From: an uncultured cyanobacterium
GTDB taxonomy: Bacteria; Cyanobacteriota; Cyanobacteriia; Phormidesmidales; Phormidesmidaceae
Length of the DNA stretch: 64,000 nucleotides
Direction: 5' to 3'
NCBI GenBank assembly: GCA_963793495.1
Contig: CAWCAI010000003.1
Span: 626,124-690,123, forward strand
Below the pieces are notes generated by a model, which searched no databases, was not told the origin of the DNA, and was given only the letters and a program-made list of their open reading frames with translations. This document shows, piece by piece, positions 39,714 to 49,524 of the stretch. Position numbers and translations under genes: made by a program. Numbering within the stretch: position 1 is the stretch's first letter; each line of letters begins with the position of its first letter.

Positions 39714-40823
39714 TTAGTGGAGGGTACCGATTGCTACTGACGCTAGAATTGCGCTGATAGCGTAGAAAACGCCGACTACCTGTAGTTCCGACCAGCCAGA
39801 AAGCTCGAAGTGATGGTGTAAAGGGGCCATTCTAAACAGGCGCTTGCCTTTGCCATCGGGCCCTTTAGTTGCTTTGTAATAGCCAACTTGCAGAAGGACG
39901 GAAAGGGTTTCGGCAAAAAATAGAGAGGTGACTATTAGTAGGCCAAAAAGGTTGTGGCTGAGGATGCCGACGGCTGCAAGTGCACCGCCCAGGGCCAAAG
40001 AACCAGTGTCACCCATGAATACTTTGGCAGGGTTGCGGTTGTGAGCAAGAAAGCCTAGGCACGAACCGCTAAGGGCGGCGCAAAAGACCATCAGATCGGG
40101 GTGAGTAGGACCGACAAGTGCGCCAAGACCAAAGAGGGCGATCGCACCCGCCCCGCCCATCAACCCATCGACACCATCTGTCAAGTTAGTCGCATTACTT
40201 TCAGCGACCAGTACAAAGCCTGCTAGAGGCCAAAAGAGCAGACCTAAAGGAATCGCAATCCCAAAAGGCAAGGCCACAGTCGTGATTTCAATCGGCTGGG
40301 TTGCGAATGCCCAAAGACAAAATGCGATCGCAAATCCAACCTGCAGAATAAGCTTCGCCTTCGGAGAAATACCTTTATTAGAGCGCTTGCGCATCACCTG
40401 CCAGTCATCTATCCAACCGATCAGACCATAGGCCAGCGTGATCACACTCACCGCCATTGTCAGCGGAGAAAACCCAGTCCATACCAACGCAGTCAAAATA
40501 GCAACCGGGACAAAAAAGATGCCGCCCATAGTGGGCGTACCCGCTTTCTTCAAGTGAGCGCTTGGTCCATCCTCTCTAATGAACTGACCCGCTTTTACCT
40601 GCTTCAAAATGGGTAGAGCAACTCCACCTGCCAGCGCCGATAGCACCGCACCTACAACTAAGGGCCCAGTCAGTTGAGCCCCCCAGTTCGCAATATCTAA
40701 ACCAAACGTTCGCCCCGCAGACAAATCCAACCCCACTGAGGAAACCAACAGGCATCCCGCCAGCAGAATCGAAAGCTTTACCCCAGATAGACCTACAGAC
40801 TTTGCCGAAAACCTTGCATCCAC
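39714..40823 (-). CDS. mraY: Phospho-N-acetylmuramoyl-pentapeptide transferase
   Basis: KKAGTPTMGG, IGWIDD, SNATNLTDGVDGL, FMGDTGSLALG, RMAPLHHHFEL; GTG 40823 with GGAGG upstream. Confidence 0.95.
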   Translation of the reverse strand: MDARFSAKSVGLSGVKLSILLAGCLLVSSVGLDLSAGRTFGLDIANWGAQLTGPLVVGAVLSALAGGVALPILKQVKAGQFIREDGPSAHLKKAGTPTMGGIFFVPVAILTALVWTGFSPLTMAVSVITLAYGLIGWIDDWQVMRKRSNKGISPKAKLILQVGFAIAFCLWAFATQPIEITTVALPFGIAIPLGLLFWPLAGFVLVAESNATNLTDGVDGLMGGAGAIALFGLGALVGPTHPDLMVFCAALSGSCLGFLAHNRNPAKVFMGDTGSLALGGALAAVGILSHNLFGLLIVTSLFFAETLSVLLQVGYYKATKGPDGKGKRLFRMAPLHHHFELSGWSELQVVGVFYAISAILASVAIGTLH

Positions 40824-41164
40824 AACATTAATTCCTCCACTTACCACACACCTTTCCCAATTTCTACCGAAATTTGACGCGCCGCGTGAATCTATTGCTA
40901 GTAACACTACAGCTGACTACTATTTCAGCCTTTTGGACGAGTTGAGAGGACTCGCCACTACATCGCTGTCTTTCTAGATATGAAGAACTCTCACCTGCAC
41001 CAAACTTGTACGCAGCCAATGGAGCTCCATACCCAGCCTTTCGAGCGCTGACAATCCACTAATAGGTTAGACGAACAACAAGAGAAGGTCAGACCATTAC
41101 GCATAGACCAGCCAATCTTGCTCAAACACCTCAGATTCAGCTGAGAGAATCTCTAGTCAAAAGA

Positions 41165-41428
41165 CTAGTCCTCGTCTAGTGACATCTCATCATCGTCATC
41201 GTCGTCGTCAGTCTCAGCGGCATCGTCGTCGTCTTTGTCCTCGGTGCCCATGAGATCCGCCAGTTCCTCAGGCTCAGGCTCGTCGCCTATACTGTCAACG
41301 GGTTCGCGCGGGATCAAGCGACCGGTCCCTTCTAACCATTTGAGAATGGAGGAATCTCTTTGAAGTGGGATCACTTCAGCAGTGTCTTTGCGAGGAATTT
41401 GACGAACAGACGGATTGTAATTGCTCAT
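41165..41428 (-). CDS. DUF3134 family protein
   Basis: YNPSVRQIPR...SILKWLEGTGRLIPR with an acidic tail. Confidence 0.8.
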   Translation of the reverse strand: MSNYNPSVRQIPRKDTAEVIPLQRDSSILKWLEGTGRLIPREPVDSIGDEPEPEELADLMGTEDKDDDDAAETDDDDDDDEMSLDED

Positions 41429-41647
41429 TAAGTGACGTCAACTAAAGCGGATGAGTAAATAATTAGGAAGTTGTCTACAGTAGATCAGCCGCTGGTTTCC
41501 AAGCGCCATAATTCAGTGGTTGAAGCTCGGTAAGCTGGCTACAAAGAAGCAACATAATTACTTTACCATCGCATTAATTACATCTAATGGTGAACAGTGT
41601 CAATCGCTAAAGTATATTTCTTCGTATAAGCAGGCCAGACAAATCCT

Positions 41648-42301
41648 ATGTTGAACAAGACTGATCTGAGAAACGCGATCGCCAAAACCAACCGAGGCAT
41701 CTCTACGACAGACAGCGACCGTCAGGCAATTGCTAGCATCATCGCCCGTGTAGAAGACCTCAACCCCACCCCAAATCCTCTCTCCGCGCCCGATCTATTA
41801 GCAGGCGACTGGCGACTGCTCTATACCACCAGCCAAGAGCTGCTAGGTCTCGATCGCATTCCCTTCGCGACGCTGCGAAATATCTATCAGTGCGTGCGCC
41901 CAGAAGTATCGCGGATCTACAACATCGCGGAAATCGATAGCCTGCCTTTCTGTGAGGGTCTTGTCTCAGTAGTCGCCGACTTTACTCCAGCGCCGTTAGA
42001 AGAATTAGCCCCTACCAAAGACTCCATAGCGGTCGCTACTAGAACCCTGTCTCAGCGCCGCGTCAACGTCAAATTCAATCGAGCCGTTTTTGGATTACAG
42101 CGCGCTTTGGGCTATCAATCACCTGCGCAATACATTGGGCAGCTACAGTCCACCGAAAAGTTCACGCTCCTACAAGGTGTAGATTTCGCTATCAATTCAG
42201 ACAGACAGCAAGGCTGGCTAGAAATCACCTACCTAGACAAAGACCTACGCATCGGACGGGGCAACCAAGGAAGTCTGTTTGTACTAACAAAGGACACTTA
42301 G
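41648..42301 (+). CDS. PAP/fibrillin family protein
   Basis: LEDLNPTPNP, LAGDWRLLYTTS, WLEITYLDKDLRIGRGNQGSLFVL. Confidence 0.92.
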   Translation: MLNKTDLRNAIAKTNRGISTTDSDRQAIASIIARVEDLNPTPNPLSAPDLLAGDWRLLYTTSQELLGLDRIPFATLRNIYQCVRPEVSRIYNIAEIDSLPFCEGLVSVVADFTPAPLEELAPTKDSIAVATRTLSQRRVNVKFNRAVFGLQRALGYQSPAQYIGQLQSTEKFTLLQGVDFAINSDRQQGWLEITYLDKDLRIGRGNQGSLFVLTKDT

Positions 42302-42343
42302 AGTCAATGACTAAGACGCTGAGCAGCCGTTTATCCTTCTGAT

Positions 42344-43198
42344 TTGCCTATGCTCCCTCTCTCCCAAAGTCATCTCACGATTTTTGAAGTCTGCCCTCGC
42401 AGGTACCAGCATGTTTTCTTCGATGCGCTGTCTACGCCGTCGACATACGAGCAGCACACAAAAACTCAGTGGGGAAGTCAGTTCCACTTGCTGATGCAGC
42501 AAAAGGCGTTGAATTTGCCCATTCGATCGGTTTCGAGCGCTGACGTAGATATGGCAGCAAGTTTGGATGCCCTAGCAAAAGCAGCCCCCGAGGTGTTTGC
42601 CAATCTGCCGACGCTGCAATCGTCAGGTACGTTCAGCCAAAGCGAGCATCGTCGGACGTTAGCGTTCAACGACTACCTGCTAACGGTGGTTTATGACCTG
42701 GTAGTGTTCCGAGACCAGCAAGGTCAGGGGCAAAGAAAAGGGCAAATATTTGACTGGAAGACACATCAAAGCCCACCACCAAAAGCGCAACTGGCGGCAG
42801 ATTGGCAAACGCGGCTCTATCAGTACGTGCTGTGTGAGACGACTGAGCTGGCACCAGAGCAGATTTCTATGACTTATTGGTTCGTGCGATTAAATGCACC
42901 TAAGCGCCCAGATGCGGAGTTACCGGCAGAACCCAGCTCATATCGGTTCGACTACGATTTGGCAAAACACGATCAAACTCGCCGGGATCTGCTGTCGCTA
43001 ACGGACAAGCTAACGAAAATGCAGCGGACACAGACCTTTCCGAAGGTAGATATTGAGAAGGGGGTGTGCGATCGCTGCCCTTTTGCCGTGAGATGCGATC
43101 GCCTTCCCCTCACATCACCGCAGCCCAAAACTACCCAGCAGTTCCTCAAAGCGGCCAGTCAGCTCACTGCTGATAGCGTCGCAGAAGTCCCTCTATGA
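42344..43198 (+). CDS. PD-(D/E)XK nuclease family protein (AddB/Cas4-like)
   Basis: CPRRY, WGSQFH, YDL...IFDWKT, QTRLY, CDRCPFAVRC. Confidence 0.8.
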   Translation: MPMLPLSQSHLTIFEVCPRRYQHVFFDALSTPSTYEQHTKTQWGSQFHLLMQQKALNLPIRSVSSADVDMAASLDALAKAAPEVFANLPTLQSSGTFSQSEHRRTLAFNDYLLTVVYDLVVFRDQQGQGQRKGQIFDWKTHQSPPPKAQLAADWQTRLYQYVLCETTELAPEQISMTYWFVRLNAPKRPDAELPAEPSSYRFDYDLAKHDQTRRDLLSLTDKLTKMQRTQTFPKVDIEKGVCDRCPFAVRCDRLPLTSPQPKTTQQFLKAASQLTADSVAEVPL

Positions 43199-43290
43199 AG
43201 ATCTCATGTCCGTAGCGGCATACGAATAGGCCGAGGCTCGCAGAGGTTCGCTTAAGGCGCTATGCTTGATGATCTGGCGGTAACCCGATA

Positions 43291-45357
43291 ATGGAAGCAC
43301 CCTTCGAAATCACGCTGCAAATCGTTCTGACCGTCCTAGCAGGCATCGCTGCTCAGGTCGTTGCAGCCTATCTAAAGGTTCCTAGCATCATTTTGCTGTT
43401 GGTCTTCGGGATCGCATTGGGGACAGACGGCCTGAGCTGGATCGCGCCACAGACCCTAGGCGTCGGCTTGGAGGTAATTGTCTCACTCTGCGTAGCGCTG
43501 ATCCTCTTTGAGGGCGGCCTGAACTTAGAGCTAAAAGAAGTTGGTAAGGTATCGGGCAGTCTGCGAAATCTAATCACCATTGGTACCTTCATCACGCTAG
43601 TTGGGGGAGGAATGGCGGCCCACTGGCTCGCAGAGTTTCCCTGGTCAATTGCGTTTCTATATGCCTCGCTAATCGTTGTCACTGGACCGACAGTCATCAC
43701 CCCCCTGCTCAAGCAGGTCGGCGCAGAGCGTAAGGTCGCCACGCTATTGGAGGGCGAAGGCGTTTTGATTGATCCAGTAGGTGCCATTCTAGCGGTCGTC
43801 GTCCTCGATATTATTCTCAACGGAGACGCCGACCCGGTAGCTGTGCTAGGCGGACTGCTCGCCAGGCTCGGAATTGGAATTATCATTGGCGGCGGTGGCG
43901 CGGCGCTGATGGCGCTATTTTTGCGCAGTGCGGACTTCTTGTCAGAAGAATTGCGTAACCTGGTTGTCTTAGCTGGAATATGGGGGCTATATGGCCTAGC
44001 TCAAAGTGTCAGGGGAGAGTCGGGGCTGATGGCAGCAGTAGCAGCGGGCATTGTGGTCCGGGCGATCTCAATTCCCGAAGAGCGCTTGCTCAGACGATTC
44101 AAAGGCCAGCTAACGATCTTTTCGGTGTCGGTACTGTTTATCTTACTGGCAGCGGATTTGTCGATTGCTAGTGTGTTCGAGCTGGGTTCAGGATCGGTGC
44201 TGACGGTGCTGGTGCTGATGTTTGTCGTCCGCCCGGTCAATATCTGGGCCTGTACGCTCAATAGCGATCTCAACTGGCGACAGAAAGTGTTTATGAGCTG
44301 GATTTCACCTCGGGGTATTGTCTCGGCTTCGGTGGCTTCTTTATTCGCAATTTTGCTGACAGAGCGAGGAATCAACGGCGGCGACTCAATTAAGGCGCTG
44401 GTCTTTTTGACCATTATTATGACCGTTTTTGCTCAGGGTCTGACAGCGCGTAGCCTGGCTCAGGCGCTGGGTGTGACCTCCAGTAGCGCGACAGGCGTAG
44501 TGATCGTAGGCTGCAATCCGCTAGGTCTAAAGATTGGTCGATTGTTTAAGGCGAGAGGTGAATCGGTGGTGATTATCGATACCGATAAGGCTGCCTGCGA
44601 CAAAGCTGCAGAAGAAGGCTTCGAAGTCTTTGTAGGCTCAGCGATGAATGAAGAAATCTTGGAAGAGGCTGGCCTCAGCTCTATGGGGACTTTTCTAGCG
44701 GTGACCAGCAACGGGGAAGTAAATTCCGTAATCGCAGAACGAGCGCGAGAGGAGTTTCAGCCGCCTAGAGTATTTGCAGTGCTGCCTCGGAGTAAAACCG
44801 GAGACGCTACCACGCAAAATAGAGGAGAGATCAAAACGCCCCGGCTGCCGGTAAAAAAGTGGAACACCTATATTACTGACGATGCCGTACAGACGGGGAC
44901 GTACGACTTTACAGAGGATGCGATTACACCTCAAAGAGAACAGGTCAACAAGCTAATCACCGACGGCGACGTGATCCCACTCGTGATCGAACAGGCTGAA
45001 AAACTAGAAGTCGCGCTAGGCGAAACCGAATGGCCATCAGGTAGCCAGCTCACTTATTTAATCCACGATCCCACCCCTCAACTGCTCAAGCGGCTCTCCG
45101 GTGCGCGCAAGCCGTCACGCCAAATCATCAAACCAATATCAGAAGACCCAAAGGAAGACGCCAAACCGGAGGTCACGAAGTCAGGCCCTGCTAAAAAGCC
45201 ATCTGCAAAATCGACCAGCAAGTCATCCACCCCCAAAGTCGCAGGCAGCGAAAGCGCCAAGCTTAATCAGCCTCAGCAAACGTCCTCTAAACCCGAAAGT
45301 TCCGAATCCAAAAGCACAGAGTTACCCAAACTCGACCAGCTGATTGAGGAGCCATAG
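43291..45357 (+). CDS. Cation:proton antiporter (NhaP/CPA1) with TrkA-N domain and low-complexity tail
   Basis: ILFEGGL, TGPTVI, LEGEGVLIDPVG, PRGIVSAS, IVGCNPLG. Confidence 0.9.
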   Translation: MEAPFEITLQIVLTVLAGIAAQVVAAYLKVPSIILLLVFGIALGTDGLSWIAPQTLGVGLEVIVSLCVALILFEGGLNLELKEVGKVSGSLRNLITIGTFITLVGGGMAAHWLAEFPWSIAFLYASLIVVTGPTVITPLLKQVGAERKVATLLEGEGVLIDPVGAILAVVVLDIILNGDADPVAVLGGLLARLGIGIIIGGGGAALMALFLRSADFLSEELRNLVVLAGIWGLYGLAQSVRGESGLMAAVAAGIVVRAISIPEERLLRRFKGQLTIFSVSVLFILLAADLSIASVFELGSGSVLTVLVLMFVVRPVNIWACTLNSDLNWRQKVFMSWISPRGIVSASVASLFAILLTERGINGGDSIKALVFLTIIMTVFAQGLTARSLAQALGVTSSSATGVVIVGCNPLGLKIGRLFKARGESVVIIDTDKAACDKAAEEGFEVFVGSAMNEEILEEAGLSSMGTFLAVTSNGEVNSVIAERAREEFQPPRVFAVLPRSKTGDATTQNRGEIKTPRLPVKKWNTYITDDAVQTGTYDFTEDAITPQREQVNKLITDGDVIPLVIEQAEKLEVALGETEWPSGSQLTYLIHDPTPQLLKRLSGARKPSRQIIKPISEDPKEDAKPEVTKSGPAKKPSAKSTSKSSTPKVAGSESAKLNQPQQTSSKPESSESKSTELPKLDQLIEEP

Positions 45358-45359
45358 CA

Positions 45360-46124
45360 ATGGCAGATTCGTTCAGGCACGAGCCAGTTGCTCCATCGGG
45401 TCCACGGGCAGACCCTCTGTCAAAAACAGGCACGCTCTACGGACTCGGCGTCGGCCCTGGCGATCCAGAGCTAATCACCATCAAAGCGCTTAACTACTTG
45501 CGCTCAGCGCCTGTAGTCGCGTTCCCAGCCGGACTGCACGGTCAACCTGGCGTTGCAGAGAGAATTGTAGAATCGTGGCTATTGGCGAAGCAAATAAAGC
45601 TGCCTTTACAGTTTCCCTATGTGCAGGATGCAGACCAGCTAAGCACCGCCTGGCAGCAGGCGGCTGAAAAGGTCTGGCCCTATCTAAAGACGGGAGATGT
45701 AGCCTTCGCCTGCGAGGGTGATATCAGTTTTTATAGTACGTTTACTTATCTAGCGCAAAGCTTGCAGCAACTACACCCCGATGCAACGGTAAAAGCGATC
45801 GCAGGCATTTCTTCTCCAATGGCTGCTGCCGCCGCAGTTGGCATACCGCTCACCTACCAGCACCAGAGGCTAACCGTCCTGCCCGTACTCTACAGCGCTG
45901 AACAGCTAGAAACCGCACTCCGCTCGGCAGAAGTCATCGTCTTGATGAAAGTCAGCAGCGTCTATAGCCAAGTGTGGAAAATACTAGCTAACCATCAGTT
46001 GCTAGGGCGCAGCCATATCGTCCAAAATGCCACTAGATCAAATCAGATTGTCTACTCTGATTTACAGCATCATCCTGATCTGAAGCTGCCGTACTTTTCG
46101 ATCATGATCGTGCAAAACGACTGA
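45360..46124 (+). CDS. cobI: Precorrin-2 C20-methyltransferase
   Basis: LYGLGVGPGDPELIT, CEGDISFYSTF, AGISS, VLMKV, PYFS. Confidence 0.88.
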   Translation: MADSFRHEPVAPSGPRADPLSKTGTLYGLGVGPGDPELITIKALNYLRSAPVVAFPAGLHGQPGVAERIVESWLLAKQIKLPLQFPYVQDADQLSTAWQQAAEKVWPYLKTGDVAFACEGDISFYSTFTYLAQSLQQLHPDATVKAIAGISSPMAAAAAVGIPLTYQHQRLTVLPVLYSAEQLETALRSAEVIVLMKVSSVYSQVWKILANHQLLGRSHIVQNATRSNQIVYSDLQHHPDLKLPYFSIMIVQND

Positions 46125-46378
46125 TCGAGTTAGTTAACCTACCGTACGTTAGCCATGTCCAGCTCCTTCAAAAAAACTAAAAAACCGGTTGTAGCATTGA
46201 CTAGCTTCTTAGAAGTGGCAGCCAGGATAGTGAAATTGGCATATACCAGAGATCGGCTTTCTACTCAAATCGCATACGCTAGATTCAGTCATACATAAAT
46301 TTAATCACAGCGCTTGATTACAAGAGTACGCATGTGAATAAGCACATATAGATAAACATCATTAATTTCCCCGAAGCT

Positions 46379-47623
46379 ATGGCCTTTCTACCTCGACTAA
46401 AATCAGCTGTTCGCCCTCTCTATCAAACGACTAAGTTTGTTAGTCCCACAGCTGTTGGGGTATTGCTCTCACTAGGGGCTCACGCTGTCTTTTTTGCGTT
46501 CGCTCCTCGCACCAATTTTTCCTTTGCAGCTCTCAGCGCAGTTGCGCAGCAAGAGGAAGCCGAAGAGACTATCGTCCCAATTGTGCAGCTAACGGATGCC
46601 GAACGGGGTCGATTGCCTGCCTTTGCCCAGCCTCGGGTTTTACCGCCCAGTCCAACTGGTCTCAGCGGAGGACTAGGATTACCCTTCAACTTGACCTCAC
46701 CTAGCAGCAGCCAGCTTCAGCGTAAGCCCGTTCCTGCTAATCGGCTACCTTCCCCGACGCTGCGGACCAATAGACCCGCACCAACTCCTACTTTCCGAGT
46801 GCCTAGAGCCACTACCCTCAACCCTTCTGTATTCAGAACTTTACCTGCACCCTCAGTCACACAGAGGCCTACAGTTTCTGTATTGCCGCTACCCACAACA
46901 GAGCTTCCCAACCTATCAACCGGAAACCTATCGATCAATCCAGGCACTGGTAGCCCTGGCACTCAGCCCATTCCTGACTTGTCAGGAACCCAGTCAACAC
47001 CTTCTGCAGAAGATTTACAAACATCACCACGATCTATTGGAGATGCGCTAGATGCAGCTGAAAATAGCTCATCTTCAGATAGCGCGTCGTCGTCGGGGTC
47101 GCAATCGCCTAGTCAAACCGACAGCCCCAACACGCAAACAGGCGTGTCAGAATCAGAAGTCATCGCCGTTCAGCCGCCAAATCCCATTGACGTAGCACCG
47201 GCTCAAGGCGACCCTAGCCGCCTGTTAGATGCATTTATCTATGATTCAACTGATGTCTCGCAGGAGGCCGCAAACGCCAACTTGCAGGCATGGTTAGTAG
47301 AAACTGCCGAGAACAAAGGCGAGATAGACACTCAGCAAGCCACTATTACTATCGATTCAAACTTCAAAGTCTGCAAAGACAATCCACCGACCGACGGCTT
47401 AATCGGAGTTATCGTCAACTCTGATGGCACTCAGGAATCGGCCAAAGTGCTCAAAAGCATCGGCTATGATCTGCTCAATCGTCAGGCATTAGATGCAGTT
47501 GAGCGGAATGATTTTGGTCAACCGGCTACACCCACCCAGTATCAAGTTGCTGTGGAAGTCCTCTACCAACCTGCTGGCTGTGTAGAAGAGTTACCAGCAG
47601 CCACCGAAGATATTGACGGATAG
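46379..47623 (+). CDS. TonB-like protein (TM anchor, Pro-rich linker, TonB_C-like domain)
   Basis: SLGAH in the TM helix; Pro/Ser/Thr-rich middle; KSIGYDLLNRQALDAV. Confidence 0.6.
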   Translation: MAFLPRLKSAVRPLYQTTKFVSPTAVGVLLSLGAHAVFFAFAPRTNFSFAALSAVAQQEEAEETIVPIVQLTDAERGRLPAFAQPRVLPPSPTGLSGGLGLPFNLTSPSSSQLQRKPVPANRLPSPTLRTNRPAPTPTFRVPRATTLNPSVFRTLPAPSVTQRPTVSVLPLPTTELPNLSTGNLSINPGTGSPGTQPIPDLSGTQSTPSAEDLQTSPRSIGDALDAAENSSSSDSASSSGSQSPSQTDSPNTQTGVSESEVIAVQPPNPIDVAPAQGDPSRLLDAFIYDSTDVSQEAANANLQAWLVETAENKGEIDTQQATITIDSNFKVCKDNPPTDGLIGVIVNSDGTQESAKVLKSIGYDLLNRQALDAVERNDFGQPATPTQYQVAVEVLYQPAGCVEELPAATEDIDG

Positions 47624-47659
47624 ATACCGACGGAAGCCATCACCGACTCTAAGCCGGTA

Positions 47660-48409
47660 CTAAAGGCGTTTGGTCAGGATCTTACCGTGCGTATCCGTTC
47701 CGCAGCTACTGAGTAAGCTCAGCTCTTCGGCTAAAGCGGCGACTCGTTCAGTCTTACCCGGGCTAGGTCGCCACACTTTGGGATTGTCGTAAGCGTAGTA
47801 GGTCTCGACACCGTCAATATTAAGCTCGACAGCGGCGCGAATCAAGGTCTCTTCGTCAGTACGGTATCGCACTGGGTGGGCCAGCACAGCAATACCACCC
47901 GCAGAATGAATAGCTTGGATAACGTTCACAGCTTCGCGAGCCTGACCTCTGGGAGCGGCCCCCTTTAGATAAGGTCGAATGGCTTCATCTGTAGGCCTGA
48001 ATGCGTAACCGAGAATATGCACGTCTGTATCAGCTAGCAAAGAGGTAATTTCGACGCCAGTCCAGACTTTTGGCAGGGTTTTAATGCCGGGTTTGCGATC
48101 GCGTCTCCAGGTAGAAGGATTGTGCCAAAGCCAGTCCTCCATCCACGCCCGCGCTTGACGATAGCCCTTAATCGTGTGGTGGTCTGTAATAGCAATTCCA
48201 CGCAGGCCAATTTTGACAGCCTGCTCCATCAGCTCTGCGGGCGCTAGCTTGCCATCAGAGCAGAGAGTATGCATATGGAAGTTGTACGTTTTCGGGCAGC
48301 TACGCGCACTAATACTCTGTAATACTTCTCTGAGTAGCAAAGAATCCTGCGTCGCTGTCCGAGGGGACACCCGATCAATAGGTGCCCGATCAGCAGGACT
48401 TGCAGACAT
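47660..48409 (-). CDS. PHP domain metallophosphoesterase
   Basis: HMHTLCSDG, ITDH, GVEIT, HILGY, LAHP, GTDTHG. Confidence 0.9.
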   Translation of the reverse strand: MSASPADRAPIDRVSPRTATQDSLLLREVLQSISARSCPKTYNFHMHTLCSDGKLAPAELMEQAVKIGLRGIAITDHHTIKGYRQARAWMEDWLWHNPSTWRRDRKPGIKTLPKVWTGVEITSLLADTDVHILGYAFRPTDEAIRPYLKGAAPRGQAREAVNVIQAIHSAGGIAVLAHPVRYRTDEETLIRAAVELNIDGVETYYAYDNPKVWRPSPGKTERVAALAEELSLLSSCGTDTHGKILTKRL

Positions 48410-48635
48410 GGGGTGTCTAGCACTTGTGAGACGACTTAACTTACTATACCCAAATTGTCAAAATATGGGGAAATCTACCGGTTGACTGTAGACATACTGT
48501 CACCTGACGAATGCCGGGCTACCTGACGAATACCAAAGACTGTTGTCCGAAGAGCGCTTTTTGTTTGACTAGTCCTGATGAAAAGCTTTGAGCGATCAGT
48601 CTTGGCAGGCAGGTCGCTCCCAAGTCAGTAGGATT

Positions 48636-48842
48636 CTAATGAGCGTAGCCAAACAAGGTATCTAAATAGATCCGTGAGGGGGTGCGATCGCCTTCCTTCT
48701 GACCATTCTGCAACAAGAACAGAGACAACGCCGCTGCATACATTCTGTCCTGGTCCCAAGTCGGATGGGTTTCTAAGAAACCCTTTAGAGCGTTGTGAAG
48801 ATCTTCGGGAATTTCTGCTAAAACACTGACATTTAGCTGCAT
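48636..48842 (-). CDS. DUF2811 family protein (68 aa)
   Basis: VSVLAEIPEDLH...HPTWDQDRMYAAALSLFLLQNG; ATG 48842. Confidence 0.85.
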   Translation of the reverse strand: MQLNVSVLAEIPEDLHNALKGFLETHPTWDQDRMYAAALSLFLLQNGQKEGDRTPSRIYLDTLFGYAH

Positions 48843-49089
48843 GAGAACCTCTTTGTAGCGCCTGCTTTTCTCAGCAAGTCGTCGAATCATTTTGCGGATG
48901 AAGTCAGGCTTTGTCAATGATAAAAAAATCGATTGCCACTTTTTCCAAGTCATCGCTTCTGAACGAGATATCAAGATTTTCAGCTATTTTCTATTACAAA
49001 AGTTCATAATTTTTCTCAACTTTCTCATTTTAGTAGTCCTGACACAGCGTAATCCCAAGAAATCCCCGAACCCATTGATCTAGTGTAAA

Positions 49090-49146
49090 AACCTGTGGAA
49101 AACTTTCCGGAACCTGTGGAAAACTTTTGAGCGATCGGTGGAAAAC
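49090..49146. promoter_or_regulatory. Three phased DnaA-box-like motifs (TTTTCCACA on the minus strand)
   Basis: TGTGGAAAA at 49094 and 49115, GGTGGAAAA at 49137; 17-nt perfect direct repeat AACCTGTGGAAAACTTT. Confidence 0.6.
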
Positions 49147-49524
49147 TCTCGAAGGGCTTTCTGCAAAAATAAAAAATCAGCTAATTTTGAGTGTCGCCAA
49201 AAAACCTAACTTTGCAATTTGAGCTATTGCGCAAATGGGCACTTTGGCTTTAGACTGACGCGCTTAACCCTATACTTGTCAACGCTTTACGGTTAGCACA
49301 TCTACAATGAAAAATCATCTGACTCTAGATACTCCACAAAACCCAGTTCGACTTAGCTGTTAGAGAGCAGCATTTTCACCTTGCTCTAGACTTGCTTTTT
49401 TGCCGATTCTTTAGTCATTGGACTGCGATCGCGCCCTGGGGAAAACTTTTTGCTTATGCCCCTTGAAACTTGTTATTCTCATGAACCTGGTTTAACTAAG
49501 TGACTATTGAGTGGTTTTGGTCAG

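Noticed and set aside
39637-39714. Prophage or island integrated at the tmRNA 3' end
   Set aside because: ssrA is followed directly by a terminator and core mraY.
48843-48974. N-terminal extension of DUF2811 and overlapping ORF 48892-49083
   Set aside because: Family similarity starts at ATG 48842; the upstream sequence looks like AT-rich regulatory DNA.
49255-49500. Pho/SphR box upstream of the PhnD-like gene
   Set aside because: Only isolated CTTAACCC and TTTAACTA words; no properly spaced tandem repeats.
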